The notes: generated by a model from the sequence alone, not told the origin. A DNA stretch of 64,000 bases from Macrostomum lignano (GCA_002269645.1 NIVC01002797.1:1-64000), one strand, 5' to 3'; shown: positions 22,893 to 37,479, counted from the first letter of the stretch. Made by a program: numbers and translations.

Positions 22893-23253
22893 TCAATTGC
22901 TGGAACTGCCGCTAGCCGAGCTACCGCCGCAGGCTGCAGCGGCCGCGGCGGCCTCGTAGGCTTTGACCTCGACAAAGATCAGCTGCTTCCATTGGTCGAC
23001 AGTGAAGTCGCGAGTGTCAACCGAGTGATCGTAGCGCTGCGGTGGGGCGCAGTTAACTTCCGAATCGTCGTACCACATGTTGATGTAGGGGTGCATGAGC
23101 GCCTCGTCCACTGAGATGCGGCGCAGCGGGTCGACGACCAGCATGCGGCCGAGCAGGTCGCGGGCCATGCCGGCCGTCAGGCTGCGGTGCTCCGGGCTGT
23201 CTGGCGGGAAATAGTCGTTAGGGAACAGCTGCTCGAATGGCCACGGCTGGTAC
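22893..23253 (-). CDS. JNK: JNK (c-Jun N-terminal kinase) exon 5, terminal
   Basis: Acceptor tctctAG at 23255-23254; (K)YQPWPFEQLFP...ARDLLGRMLVVDPLRRISVDEALMHPYINMWYD; TGA at 22893. Confidence 0.97.
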
Positions 23254-23344
23254 CTAGAGATGGGTACAAATGAAGGTCAGATTTAACAGAAAATAATTGT
23301 TTTACATTTTTAATTGATATAGGTATTTAGGAGAGCCGAATTGG

Positions 23345-23590
23345 CCCAGTAACTGAGGATCTGGGAGGCTGGCCCAGTAACTGAGGATCTGGGAGGCTGG
23401 CCCAGTAACTGAGGATCTGGGAGGCTGGCCCAGTAACTGAGGAACTGAGAGGCTGGCCCAGTAACTGAGATCTGGGAGGTTGACCCAGCAACTGAGGATC
23501 TGGGAGGCTGGCCCAGTAACTGAAGATCTGGGAGGCTGGCCCAGCAACTGAGGATCTGGGAGGCTGGCCCAACAACTGAGGATCTGAGAA
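23345..23590. repeat. 28-bp intronic minisatellite (CCCAGTAACTGAGGATCTGGGAGGCTGG), ~9 copies
   Basis: Tandem repeat in JNK intron 4; reverse-complement relative of 3219-3540. Confidence 0.95.
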
Positions 23591-23649
23591 TATTGCTATA
23601 ATTACAGATGCGGCAGCCCAGGCAGCACACGCAGTGGGGGGGGCACTCA

Positions 23650-24006
<357 letters not shown>

Positions 24007-24253
24007 TTATGAGGTGTTTATTTATATCATATTTCTTGGTGTGAACTCGGCAACAGGGAAGCTTGGTGACCCCTTTACTCGCGCTGAGACGTGCAACAGA
24101 AGTTATGCGATTTCATACTTAAATCATACAAAGTGCCGTCACCTAATGTACCATGGGAGCTTAAGATTATTTAGCTTGTACTAATAATGTACTATGAGAG
24201 GCTAACAGGCTGTTAGGTATATATTTGTACTTCACAAGCAAGCAAAATTTCTA

Positions 24254-25239
<986 letters not shown>

Positions 25240-25269
25240 CTATAATCTGTTGCGATGCAGCGATGGCTA

Positions 25270-25530
25270 CCGATCTACTTGCCCGACACTGTCTGCCTGT
25301 CTGTCTGCATGTGTCTGCCTGTCTGTGGGCATGTATCTGCCTGTCTGTCTGCATTTAACTGCCTGTCTGTCTGCATGTGTCTGCCTGTCTGTGGGAAAGT
25401 GTCTGCCTGTCTGTTTTCGTGTGTCTGCCTGTCTGTTTGCATTTGTCTGTCTGTCTGTCTGCATGTGTCTGCATGTGTCTGCATGTCTGCCTATCTGACT
25501 GTGTCTGCATGTCTGACAGCATCTGTCTGT
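25270..25530. repeat. Compound (CTGT/CTGC/ATGT)n microsatellite in JNK intron 1
   Basis: Low-complexity tetramer repeats. Confidence 0.9.
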
Positions 25531-25614
25531 CGGTAAACTGCTTTCTTTGACAATGCAGACGGGAATAGCATAGAAAGTGCACTTATAAAACTCAGCACAG
25601 TCGGAAACCACTCA

Positions 25615-25776
<162 letters not shown>

Positions 25777-27123
25777 TTATGCTAGAACATAATCTGAGTG
25801 CTGATGTGTGATATATAGAATCACATTGATGCAGATTATAAACTACAATGCATTGCAAAAACTTCAATTCAATAGATATTAGAATGTGGACAAAATGGGA
25901 CAAACTAAATAAAAGGTAAAATTAGTTCTTAGACATTTTAGAATCAGAGTTTGATTAAGCATAGTATATTAAATAATCATTTATAAATAGACTTCAAGAA
26001 AATGTTCCTTTTCACATCCAGCCTTCTGTATTTTTTTAGATTTTCAATGGTTATATTAAATCATTGAAATTATTAATTGAATGGTTGCTTAAGACAAAAA
26101 ATTCAGTTTAATACTTTACTATGCAAAGTCTAATTACAGGATTATATTGATCAGATTTAGTATATTAATATTTCTTGTTTAAATAAAGAAACTATTATCT
26201 ATAATAAAAGATGATAGATTCCAATACTTTGTGAATTAAAATTGACACATAAATTTGGGGGGGGGGCAATCTTTGAATCCTAGGATTTGGCCTTTTTTAG
26301 TCTGGGATATATGGGTATTAACCTCAGGGATCTTTAAAGGATTAAGGAATATTATATGGTTTGCACAAAAGTTCTAGATTTTAAGATTTTAGTAAAAGAA
26401 AAGTTTGGGATTTTAATTGAAGTCCCTAAGAGAAATATGCTGTTTTATTATTCATGCCTGAAGTCAAAATTGCAATAATAACAAATAAAACTAATATTGT
26501 TTTATAATTAACTTGATATATATAGGATTCAATACTTGGTTTTGAGTGCTTAAATGTCTAGGTCACAAGTGCACAGACATTTAAGCAAGAGAAACCAAGT
26601 ATTGAGTAGTATTATAACACAATATATATTTCTTGTGCATTAAATGACTCCAGCCAATATCTATATAATCACGAGCCATATAAAGCATACTTTTAGTGTT
26701 TAACTAGCATCTTACAACCCCCTTTGGACTTGGAAGACTTCAACCAGCAGTGAAAAAACTCATTTATTTTTGTCTGCAAGTTACTTACCATTACAATTAA
26801 GACACAACTTTAAGAAATTAAATCTCACAGACCTCATCTTTTTTATAGAAAAAAAGCTTTTAAAAACCTTGAAATTCTCATAAAAGATATCTTCGCATGA
26901 TTTTTTTATAAGATAAATCCCCTCCAATTGACTTTGTACCAGTTAAAAAGATTGCTACCCTCTCCCATAAGCATTTGAACTTAAGGCAGAAGCATTGACC
27001 ATAAACAATAGGATTTGCATCTGCACACCAAATTTTTATTTGTGGCTGTTATTTATTATATTATATTATAAAATAAATGCAAAAACACACATGTACACAA
27101 TGGTCTTAGCTTTAGTATATTTA

Positions 27124-27191
27124 TTGCAATCTCTAGAGTGTTATGGACATTCAAGCAAGCATACAAACCTTAGAGATTTAGTATATTTAGA
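27124..27191 (-). mobile_element. Isolated Helitron 5'-end fragment (same family as the 31.65-kb array)
   Basis: Minus strand reads A|TCTAAATATACTAAATCTCTAAGGTTTGTATGCTTGCTTGAATGTCCATAACACTCTAGAGATTGCAAT. Confidence 0.75.
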
Positions 27192-27807
27192 TAGATTATA
27201 GTTCAAGATTACGTTATATATTATATCAGCAACACAGATAAAGCTCAAGAAAATTCAGGACAATCGAAATCAGCCATGGGCTATGGGCTATATAGCCTGT
27301 AATATATATGTCCAAGTTGCTTCTACATACTTTTTATCTGCCAATGTTCAGGAAACAAGTTGGTTCAACATACCAACTGTGCTCTTTCGCTTTCTGCACA
27401 AGGCAGCAATTTGTTTGCAACAACTGCTTTTTTCTCTCTACCTATTTCTGTCTGGGCACATTCAGAAACTTATTGCTCAGCCCTCATATAGTCAGGTGTA
27501 GGTCTATCTTTAAGTGAAGTATATAATGACTCAAAGAATGTACACCAATATATATATAGGATATATATATATATATTCAAATGTACAAGTGTACATATAC
27601 AAGTTAGTTTGCCAGACATATACAGTATGTAAAGAGTGTAGCCTACAGGCATAGGGTATAGGCTACAGTGCAGTTTAGTACTACAGTCTACAATGCTATA
27701 TAAGTGAATAAATGAATGATAAATTGGCAATCTTCCAGTTTGTTTGGCAATATTATTTTTGAGTTTGAAATGGTATGTCAATATAGTGAAGCAGCAGAAA
27801 ACAATAC

Positions 27808-28685
27808 CTATAGCCAAAAGGGATACAAAATAGAGTCTGATAAGTAACAGTAATAGTTAAGGGGCAGAAAATAGAGTTACAGAGGATAATAATGTGCTAC
27901 CCAATACAGCATAGCGCCAAATGCTGCACCAGGGTATAGGTAGTACAACAGAAATTCCTAAGATGCAGTTCAAAGAGGGCATCAGATATACTATGCATAT
28001 TGTTAGTTTCTGGGTTGTTAGGTTCAGCAGTTCTGCCATAGGCCGTATCTTGTTTGGTGGCACAATAAAACTTGGTATTGCTGGTTGACCAGCCATGTTA
28101 AAGAAATTCATGTAAATATGAGAGTAAGAATCTAAGTGAAGTCAGTGAAATCAAAATGTCTTTAACAAGGCAGTGCTTATCCCCACGGTATCGTAGGAAT
28201 AATTTCTGTCTTATTCCAATGGTACCGTGGGAATAATTTTCTGCTTATTTGCACGGCACACTGACGAGATCGCTGCCATATCTTTTACATATATATGCTC
28301 TACATGAATAGTTTATAGCTTTTTGAAAGGGAATTTGAATTGAGGATACTAAGAAGCTGTTGATCTGGATCAACACCATGACCAGCGTTTTTTGTATAAA
28401 AAAGCCATTAAATCTTTACTTCTATTAAACAAATTGTCGAGCAAAGTTATGTTGTTATACTGCACTTGAACTGTAAGTACTAAACTAAATTATTCCCATG
28501 GCATATGTAGAAGATAGGCCAGCTATCTTATCAGTGTGCTGTGCGGATAAGCAAAAAATTATTCCTATGGTACCGTGGGGATAAGCACTGCCCTTTAACA
28601 ATGCTATTTTGCATCCCTTTTGGCCATAGACTATTACTGTCACTGTTACTTGTCAGACTCTATTTTGTATCCCTTTTGGCCATAG
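27808..28685. mobile_element. Non-autonomous TIR element, ~50-bp inverted repeats, hosting a nested MITE
   Basis: CTATAGCCAAAAGGGATACAAAATAGAGTCTGATAAGTAACAG at 27808 and its reverse complement ending at 28685; TSD unclear (possibly TA). Confidence 0.6.
28169..28592. mobile_element. MULE/Mutator-like MITE with 9-bp TSD
   Basis: TIRs GGCAGTGCTTATCCCCACGGTA..TAGGAATAATTT, extending imperfectly to ~95 bp; perfect 9-bp duplication CTTTAACAA at 28160-28168 and 28593-28601. Confidence 0.85.
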
Positions 28686-29535
28686 TCCATAGACATAATT
28701 TTCTGGCATGCTATTAAGTTGTAGCACCAATCCAAACTTGAAAATAATGTCGCAAAAGAAACTGGAAGATTGCCAATAAATCAATCAGTAAAAAGAGTGA
28801 GGGCAAGAGAAAGGGAAGAGAAATAAGGTACTTCCATTTTTTAATAAGCATGCTACCCCCCCCCCCTAGTCCTTCAGTGTGATGGTACATAGGTAAGTCA
28901 CAAATCTGGACAAAACTAAGTTGTACTAGATGGTTAAAATTTTGAGGTTGGGCATATATGAGTAGCATTTTAGGTAAAAAAGTAAGTCACATAGTCAGTG
29001 TAAATCAGGGGAATTGTACATGTATATGTGCCAGTATCTATGATATTTCAGGTTATACAATAGGTATGCAAAAAATGAGGACTTATATACTTATGTTATA
29101 ATTTAGTATTCAAATTAGGCCCTAGAAAAAAACATCAAAATTAGGCCTAACCAAATTTATATGAACAATTAGACAAAAAAATATTATAAAGCAATATAAT
29201 CTAATATTATATTTATACTTATATATCATGTAATCATTATTGTGACTAAAAAATCTAATGGCCAAACTAATTAGTGGGTATAATAGGCCTAGTCACTATA
29301 GATGAAATACTTGTCTTTGGGGCAAAACATCTATGGTCAGAATGGATTTAGGATAAAACAACTAGGCCTTAGAATTCATATTTTTTAATATAGATAATTA
29401 ACATTTATATATCTAGTATAGATATAGATTAGATTCCCCCCCCCTTCAAAAATGTTCTGGATCTGAGCCAGGCCTAAAATACTAACAGACATTGTTCATA
29501 ATTCATAAAGGGCCTAGGCTAGGCTTAGGCCTATA

Positions 29536-29936
29536 GGCCTAAAGTCCTACTTTGCTGCGTTAAATTATTTTGACGATAAAAAGTTAAAATCACGCTAATT
29601 AGAGTTACAGTTACACTGGAGTAGAGTTAGGAGAGTAGTTAGAAGGACGTAGGCCCATGTCAGCAATTAATAGTAGTGAGCAACCCAGTACATGAAGTTG
29701 CCGAACGTCTTCTCTGGGAAGAGGCGGCGCCAGAGGAACTCATTCAGGTGAGTCTCGAACAGTGCATCACTCGTGCCATGCATCCTTCGGAATTTGTCCT
29801 TGACATGTGCCCACGATCCCTCAATGGTGTTGGTGTGCACGGTGGGGTCGTTAGGGTCGACAAAGTGCAGACGGTGGTTCACCGTTCAAAAAAAAAGAGG
29901 TCAAAATAATTTAACGCAGCAAAGTAGGACTTTGCC
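29536..29936 (-). mobile_element. Internally deleted Merlin (IS1016/IS1595-like) transposon retaining the transposase C-terminus
   Basis: Perfect 34-bp inverted repeat (29541-29574 and 29900-29933). ORF 29667-29882 reads VNHRLHFVDPNDPTVHTNTIEGSWAHVK...LFETHLNEFLWR, typical of Merlin/ISXO2. Possible degenerate 8-bp TSD GGCCTATA / GGCCTAAC. Confidence 0.85.
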
Positions 29937-30734
29937 GGCCTAACCTATAAGCATTGAAAACAAGCCTGCAGATCTTAATTATCCATACGAGTTATAGGCC
30001 TAGACTAGGCTACACGCTAGTCTTAGGGCCTACCGCCTAACCGAGGTAGCGAGCGATGGTGTGAGACTGAGAAATTTTAGTCAATTGCCATTGATCGTGA
30101 GCGTCTACCTACTAACGTAACGTCTTATTGAGGTCGACGACGAGCGGGTTAAGATTATGATTATGGTTTAGAGTAAAAATGGAAGTTCAGAATTAATGAT
30201 AAACAACCTATTTTTTTAAGTTAGCAAAAACGCACATTACAATTTTAATTTTTTTTAAAGTTAAATCAAAATTGTTTTATTTGTTATATTATCAAATAAA
30301 CAAGATTTTAAATCTGCTAACTTTTACTTCATTTTAGCCTCGGGAATGACCCCCAAATTTAAGTCCAGCCTTTAGCTTATTTTCTGTGGCTTAATAATGC
30401 ATTTAGACTATGCTATAAAATTACAAAATTAGAGGAGACTGCGATTGATCATTAATTTGTGTAGCTACCAAAATAAAAAAATTGCTCATATTACAAGAAT
30501 TTTTACGGATTGCCAGGATCGGATATGTAATGTAATGCAAAAACTGTCTTACATGTATCGTCGGGTCGCCTGCCAGGTTTACATGTAGCTGAATGGGTCA
30601 TGGAGGCGACGTCTCCCCGCTAATCTGAACCTAGGAAATTTATACGGGCCGCGTAGTAGCCTGCAACTACGCGGTCCTGTCAACGGTCAGAGTAGAGTAG
30701 TAGTCGATCTTCTGGCAACTAGTAGCTTGTCAAC

Positions 30735-31380
30735 GGGAGAAAAACCGAAATGATGCACATCGGCACCAGCACCGCGCCCGAGCTGAGCCTGCCGAGCGGC
30801 GAAGCGATCTCAACCTGCCAAGACTTCTGCTACCTTGGGCGCGCTCATGATCTTGAATCCAGAAGATATCATCACGGACCGGAAAGCACAAGCCTGGCGT
30901 GCTGCAGTCAAGATCAGCCCTATCTTCAGCTCGGCAGCGCCCGACGCCCTCAAGATCAAGTTGTTCCGCACCACAGTCAAACCGATCCTGCTCTACTACG
31001 GACTGGAAGCCGTACCGGTGACTACCACCCAAGAAAACGCGCTAAACGGCATCCTCCGGGCGCTTCTCCGCTACACACTCGGCATCCGATTCCCCGAGAC
31101 CATCTCGAACCGCGATCTCGACCGGCGCACCGGCCTTCCACCTCTCAGCGTTATCCTGCGGCGGCGACAAACCCTCGCCGGCCACGTTTCACCCACCGCG
31201 AGAACGGCTTCGACGCGGCCAAGGCCGGTGCTGCCACGCTGATCCAGACTCTGACTGACGACCTCAGCGACCTTGACCTGACCCCGAGTGACACTGCTGA
31301 TCTCTGCCCCTCTGAGCTGTTTCGCGAACGCGTGCGCGCTAGGATTCTGTAACCCAAATTCTATTCCTCTATTCTATAGT
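30735..31380 (+). mobile_element. 5'-truncated RTE-clade LINE fragment (RT C-terminus)
   Basis: DFCYLG, ITDRKAQAW, LKIKLFRTTVKPILLY-GLE, LRYTLGIRFPETISNRDL, LAGHV; frameshifted; TTCTA-like microsatellite tail at ~31358-31378. Confidence 0.85.
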
Positions 31381-31657
31381 AGCCTGCAGCAAAGTCAACC
31401 ATCTGTATACTTGGTATACATGCAAGTGTCTTGAACTAAATTTGTGACCGAGATAACAATTATAGGGCTTCCGTGCTACTTTCACCGATCTGAGGCACGT
31501 ACTATTTTCATAGATTCTGTATGTTTGAAAAGCTATATTTCCTACATGTATTTCATTTACTCGGAACTCGATTACTCGCCGACCAGGACTCGTACAGTAT
31601 CGTCGTTTAAAATCATTCAAAATTATTAAGTATTTTTGGATATCCTCTATCACAATA

Positions 31658-32708
31658 TCTAAATATACTAAATCTCTAAGGTTTGTATGTTTGAATGAAT
31701 GTCCATAACGCTCTAGAGACTGCAATTCTTCACCGATTTTGATCGCGTTTTCGCCAAAAGATTCAAAATTGTCTGGAAAGAAGACGGTTAAAATTTCTTT
31801 AATCTGCTTCAATGCTAAAGGGATTAAATATTCGAAAAACTGTTTTAAATGGCCTTTTTCAATGCAAATTTTATCAGCCAGAAACTTCACTGCCAATTTT
31901 AATTGATTGCGCCAGAGCCAACTGATAAGAAAACTCACTCCGCTCCACTTAAAGGGGGGCAATAAAAAAATTCTTCTGGCTGCTGGCAGCCAGCTCTAAT
32001 TAGCTAGTCTAAATATACTAAATCTCTAAGGTTTGTATGTTTGAATGAATGTCCATAACGCTCTAGAGACTGCAATTCTTCACCGATTTTGATCGCGTTT
32101 TCGCCAAAAGATTCAAAATTGTCTGGAAAGAAGACGGTTAAAATTTATCGTATCTGCTTCAATGCTAAAGGGATTAAATATTCGAAAAACTGTTTTAAAT
32201 GGCCTTTTTCAATGCAAATTTTATCAGCCAGAAACTTCACTGCCAATTTTAATTGATTGCGCCAGAGCCAACTGATAAGAAAACTCACTCCGCTCCACTT
32301 AAAGGGGGGCAATAAAAAAATTATTCTGGCTGCTGGCAGCCAGCTCTAATTAGCTAGTCTAATCTAAATATACTAAATCTCTAAGGTTTGTTTGTATGTT
32401 TGTCCATAACGCTCTAGAGACTGCAATTCTTCACCGATTTTGATCGCGTTTTCGCCAAAAGATTCAAAATTGTCTGGAAAGAAGACAGTTAAAATTTCTT
32501 GAATCTGATTCAATGCTAAAGGGATTAAATATTCGAAAAACTGTTTTAAATGGCCTTTTTCAATGCAAATTTTATCAGCCAGAAACTTCACTGCCAATTT
32601 TAATTGATTGCGCCAGAGCCAACTGATAAGAAAACTCACTCCGCTCCACTTATAGGGGGGCAATAAAAAAATTATTCTGGCTGCTGGCAGCCAGCTCTAA
32701 TTAGCTAG
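31658..32708 (+). repeat. Three tandem ~350-bp short Helitron units (a fourth at 33714-34058)
   Basis: Units 31658-32007, 32008-32357 and 32358-32708; hairpin CTGGCTGC-TG-GCAGCCAG then CTCTAATTAG-CTAG|TC. Confidence 0.9.
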
Positions 32709-35055
32709 TCTTCTAATCTAAATATACTAAATCTCTAAGGTTTGTTTGTATGCTTGAATGAATGTCCATAACGCTCTAGAGTGAGCAATTCTTCACCGAT
32801 TTTGATCGTGTTTTCGCCAAAAGATTCAAAATTGTCTGGAAAGAAGACAGTTAAAATTTCTTGTATCTGCTTCAATGCTAAAGGGATTAAATATTCGAAA
32901 AACTGTTTTAAATGGGCGACTTCAATGTATTTTTTATCAACCTGCTCGCAGCGAGAGAATTTCACAGCCAATTTTAATGATTGCGCCAGAGCCAACTGAT
33001 CAGAAAACTCAGTGAGCCCCACTGCCCAGATAATTACTTTATTTAAATTGCGCAACCATACCAGGGGTCAAAAATAAAATTACTCTGAATGCTGGGCATA
33101 TTCTAAAACTCTAATCTATGTCCATGTAAAACGCTCTACAGACTGCAATTCTTGACCAATTTTGATCGCGTTTTCGCCAAAACATTCAAAATTGTCTGAA
33201 AAGAAGACAGTTAAAATTTCTTGTAGGTGCTTTAATGTTTAAGGTATTAAATATTCGAAAAACGAGCTTTTCGAATGCTTTTAATGAAAGGCCAAGCAAG
33301 GTTGAATTCTTGACTGGCTGAATTTTCATTCTAAATGATTGCGCCACAACAGCGTTTTGCATAGTCTCGCTATAAACTGACTCTGAGCTTTTTAGGTGGA
33401 CGCAGTGTGCCAAGCATTGCGCAAGCATTTAACTGCTCAGTGGCTGTGTGTGCATTCTTCTGACCCTGGCTGAATGGCTCCGTCAGAACCAAACCTGTGC
33501 ACACTGAGCATGCCTAACACTGCTATGTATTTGACTGCAATGTCGAAGCATATATGGCTGATTTTTGCGCCCTTCCATCAGTAGGCGGAATAGCCGCAGT
33601 GTAGGCACTAGGTCTAGGTTTAGGCTAGGCGTAAGGTCCCAGGTTCGAGTCCACCTCGGTGGATAATTAAAACAAATTAATTCATTCATTTGTAGCTTGT
33701 GACTAAATATATATCTAAATATACTAAATCTCTAAGGTTTGTTTGTATGAATGTCCATAACGCTCTAGAGATCGCAATTCTCGACCGATTTTGATCGCGT
33801 TTTCGCCAAAAGATTTGTAATCAGCCTGGGATCGTATGGTTAAAATTTCTTGTATCTGCTTCAATGCTAAAGGGATTAAATATTCGAAAAACTGTTTTAA
33901 ATGGCCTTTTTCAATGCAAATTTTATCAGCCAGAAACTTCACTGCCAATTTTAATTGATTGCGCCAGAGCCAACTGATAAGAAAACTCACTCCGCTCCAC
34001 TTATAGGGGGCAATAAAAAAATTATTCTGGCTGCTGGCAGCCAGCTCTAATTAGCTAGTCTTCTAATCTAAATATACTAAATCTCTAAGGTTTGTTTGTA
34101 TGCTTGAATGAATGTCCATAACGCTCTAGAGTGAGCAATTCTTCACCGATTTTGATCGTGTTTTCGCCAAAAGATTCAAAATTGTCTGGAAAGAAGACAG
34201 TTAAAATTTCTTGTATCTGCTTCAATGCTAAAGGGATTAAATATTCGAAAAACTGTTTTAAATGGGCGACTTCAATGTATTTTTTATCAACCTGCTCGCA
34301 GCGAGAGAATTTCACAGCCAATTTTAATGATTGCGCCAGAGCCAACTGATCAGAAAACTCAGTGAGCCCCACTGCCCAGATAATTACTTTATTTAAATTG
34401 CGCAACCATACCAGGGGTCAAAAATAAAATTACTCTGAATGCTGGGCATATTCTAAAACTCTAATCTATGTCCATGTAAAACGCTCTACAGACTGCAATT
34501 CTTGACCAATTTTGATCGCGTTTTCGCCAAAACATTCAAAATTGTCTGAAAAGAAGACAGTTAAAATTTCTTGTAGGTGCTTTAATGTTTAAGGTATTAA
34601 ATATTCGAAAAACGAGCTTTTCGAATGCTTTTAATGAAAGGCCAAGCAAGGTTGAATTCTTGACTGGCTGAATTTTCATTCTAAATGATTGCGCCACAAC
34701 AGCGTTCTGCATAGTCTCGCTATAAACTGACTCTGAGCTTTTTAGGTGGACGCAGTGTGCCAAGCATTGCGCAAGCATTTAACTGCTCAGTGGCTGTGTG
34801 TGCATTCTTCTGACCCTGGCTGAATGGCTCCGTCAGAACCAAACCTGTGCACACTGAGCATGCCTAACACTGCTATGTATTTGACTGCAATGTCGAAGCA
34901 TATATGGCTGATTTTTGCGCCCTTCCATCAGTAGGCGGAATAGCCGCAGTGTAGGCACTAGGTCTAGGTTTAGGCTAGGCGTAAGGTCCCAGGTTCGAGT
35001 CCACCTCGGTGGATAATTAAAACAAATTAATTCATTCATTTGTAGCTTGTGACTC
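32709..35055 (+). repeat. Near-identical 1350-bp-period duplication (32709-33705 vs 34059-35055)
   Basis: Identical ORF calls offset by exactly 1350 (32735/34085, 33186/34536, 33483/34833). Confidence 0.9.
33584..33658 (+). other. Degenerate tRNA-like (Pol III A/B box) head, type A; copies also at ~34934, 48699, 51119, 53850
   Basis: GGCGGAA-TAGCCGCAGTG (A-box-like), D-stem GCC/GGC, B-box GGTTCGAGTCC; no valid anticodon arm or acceptor stem, so not a functional tRNA. Confidence 0.6.
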
Positions 35056-35904
35056 GACTGAATATAACATATTTTTTATTAATTTTAATTGCAACATTTT
35101 TTATTAATGCAAATTAATTTTTGCTACTTGGCACAAGCCACTTATCAAATTTGATTTTAAAAAACTGCTTCGTGTATTACTGATCCCATCAATGAGTACT
35201 GCCTAGCTCCATGAAAGTATGAAATTGCTATTAAACTGCAGACTATTCTGCTAAAATTGCTTAAAGGTATTGCTAAATTTTGAGCTTTTTAAGAATGCCG
35301 ATATGAATTGAAAATTGATTAGTGAGCCGTAAAATGCTGAGCACATTTTTATATTATTGGAGATGAGAACTGCAGATGCTGAGGGGAACTGCAGATTGTC
35401 GAAGCTATCATTCATGCACAGTGGATACTTGCAGGCTGCTAAGAGTATGACTGCAGTCTGTTTGCGGGATTAGAAGTGATAGCTAATTTCAGGTTGTTGT
35501 GGAGATAACTGCCGATTTCTGGGGGGAGGGGTTAACTTCAAACTGCTGAAGTTACTAAACCTCTTGAATAGTATAAGGCTTTTAGTAGAAGGTCGGAAGC
35601 TCGAGTCTGTAGTGAAGCAGCGAATTTATCTTTGTGACAATAATCATTGTTTCCTATGAGTATTCATGCAAATTTTTAGCATTTTCATTTTGTAGATACT
35701 TTTGCTGGGGCTACGCTAAGCTTTAAGAGCAGCGCTAATCGGGGAGAGCAGTGCTAATCTGATGTATAAAATAAAATAATAAATATGTAAGGGGATTACA
35801 AATCAACTTTAACCTGCAAGTTGACAAAGCATTTCATATGGTTTCGATTATCCAGAAACAATATGGCAATAAGCAAAGATTAGTGGCCATCTGCTCACTG
35901 ATTG

Positions 35905-36580
35905 TGCAAAACAGTGCTGGTGAATCATTGCTAAACTGCTGGTGAAGCATTGTTAAACTGCTGGTGAAGCATTGCTAAACTGCTGGTGAACCAGTGCTGA
36001 AATGCTGGTGAACCATTGCTGAAATGCTGGTGAACCATTGCTAAACTGCTGGTGAAGCATTGTTAAACTGCTGGTGAAGCATTGTTGAAATGCTGGTGAA
36101 CCATTGCTGAAATGCTGGTGAACCATTGCTAAACTGCTGGTGAAGCATTGTTAAACTGCTGGTGAAGCATTGCTGAAATGCTGGTGAACAATAGCTAATG
36201 CAAACTGCTGGTGAAGCATTGCTAAACTGCTGGTGAACCATTGTTGAAATGCTGGTAAAGCATTGCTGAATGCTGGTAAACCATTGCTGAAATGCTGGTG
36301 AAGCATTGCTAAGCTGCTGGAGAACAATTGCTGAAATGCTGGTGAACCATTGCTGAATGCTGGTGAAGCATTGCTAAACTGCTGGTAAAGCATTGCTCAA
36401 CTGCTGGTGAACCATTGCTGAAATGCTGGTGAAGCATTGCTAAACTGCTGGTGAACCATTGCTGAAATGCTGGTGAACCATTTCTGAAAGGCTGGTGAAG
36501 CTTTGCTAAACTGCTGGTGAACAATTGCTGAAATGCTGGTGAACCATTGCTGAAATGCTGGTAAACCATTGCTAAACTGC
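35905..36580. repeat. 22-bp minisatellite (TGCTGGTGAACCATTGCTGAAA), ~30 copies
   Basis: Tandem repeat inside Helitron unit 34059-38413. Confidence 0.92.
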
Positions 36581-37479
36581 AGAAAGCTATGGTAAAATAT
36601 TGTAATTTTTTTAATAAAAACTTTTAAAGAGAAGAAAACACAACGCAAGAAAAAGCGAACAAGAATCATCATATCAATCATAAATGAAGCGCCCTGTCGA
36701 ACGTAAAAGTCTCATCGGGAATTGCTTAGACTGTTAAGACTGCTAAGACTATTGCTGCGAGCATAATGCTGGTATGGGAAATTGCTGTGATATCAAGACT
36801 CACGGTAGAATTTATAAGATCTCAAGGCTCAGGGGAATTGCTATAATTATGTTATTCTGGGGAGAATTGCTTTGATTTCAAGTATCATTTGTGAAATTGC
36901 TGAAATTAATTGTTGAAATGCAAGTTCAAAGATATCAAAAGGTTAGTCACTCAATTTTCAGGCTCATGGGGAAATTGCTAACATTTCCAAAGCTCATTGG
37001 GGAATTGCTGAAATTCTACTACAAGGGTTATGGTTTTGGTTCAATTATAGAGCGATCGTCGTGACAATCGTTAATGATCCATCGAGGAGTTGCTAAGATT
37101 AAATGCTCTTGGGGGAAAACTTAAATGCTTTGGCTCTACTACGGGGAATTGCTGACAGGTCAAGGCTTTCGGTGAAATTCTGATTACAAAGCTTATTTAT
37201 GAGGAAGTTACTTTAATGCTGAGGCTCAAGGCTTATGGTGGAAATTTCCAACACGCCAAGACTCACTTATGGGTTAGGGTGACCATTAATTAAAGACTTG
37301 TTTAGATATAATCAAAGTTCATTGTGGAATCGCTCTGTTGACAAAGCTCATAAAGAAATTGCTGAGTTATCAAGGCTTATAAGGATATTGCTGAATTCTT
37401 GGGAAAAGGGAGTTGGGTTGTTGGTATGTCAAGGCTTACTGCGCTGGTAGAATTGCGTGATGTCAAGGCTCGAGTTTAA

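Noticed and set aside
31369-34405. Repeated minus-strand ORFs (WLWRNQLKLAVKF...FEYLIPLALKQI) that look like a gene family
   Set aside because: They are antisense translations of the conserved Helitron 5' region; starts and stops vary between copies and no domain is recognisable.
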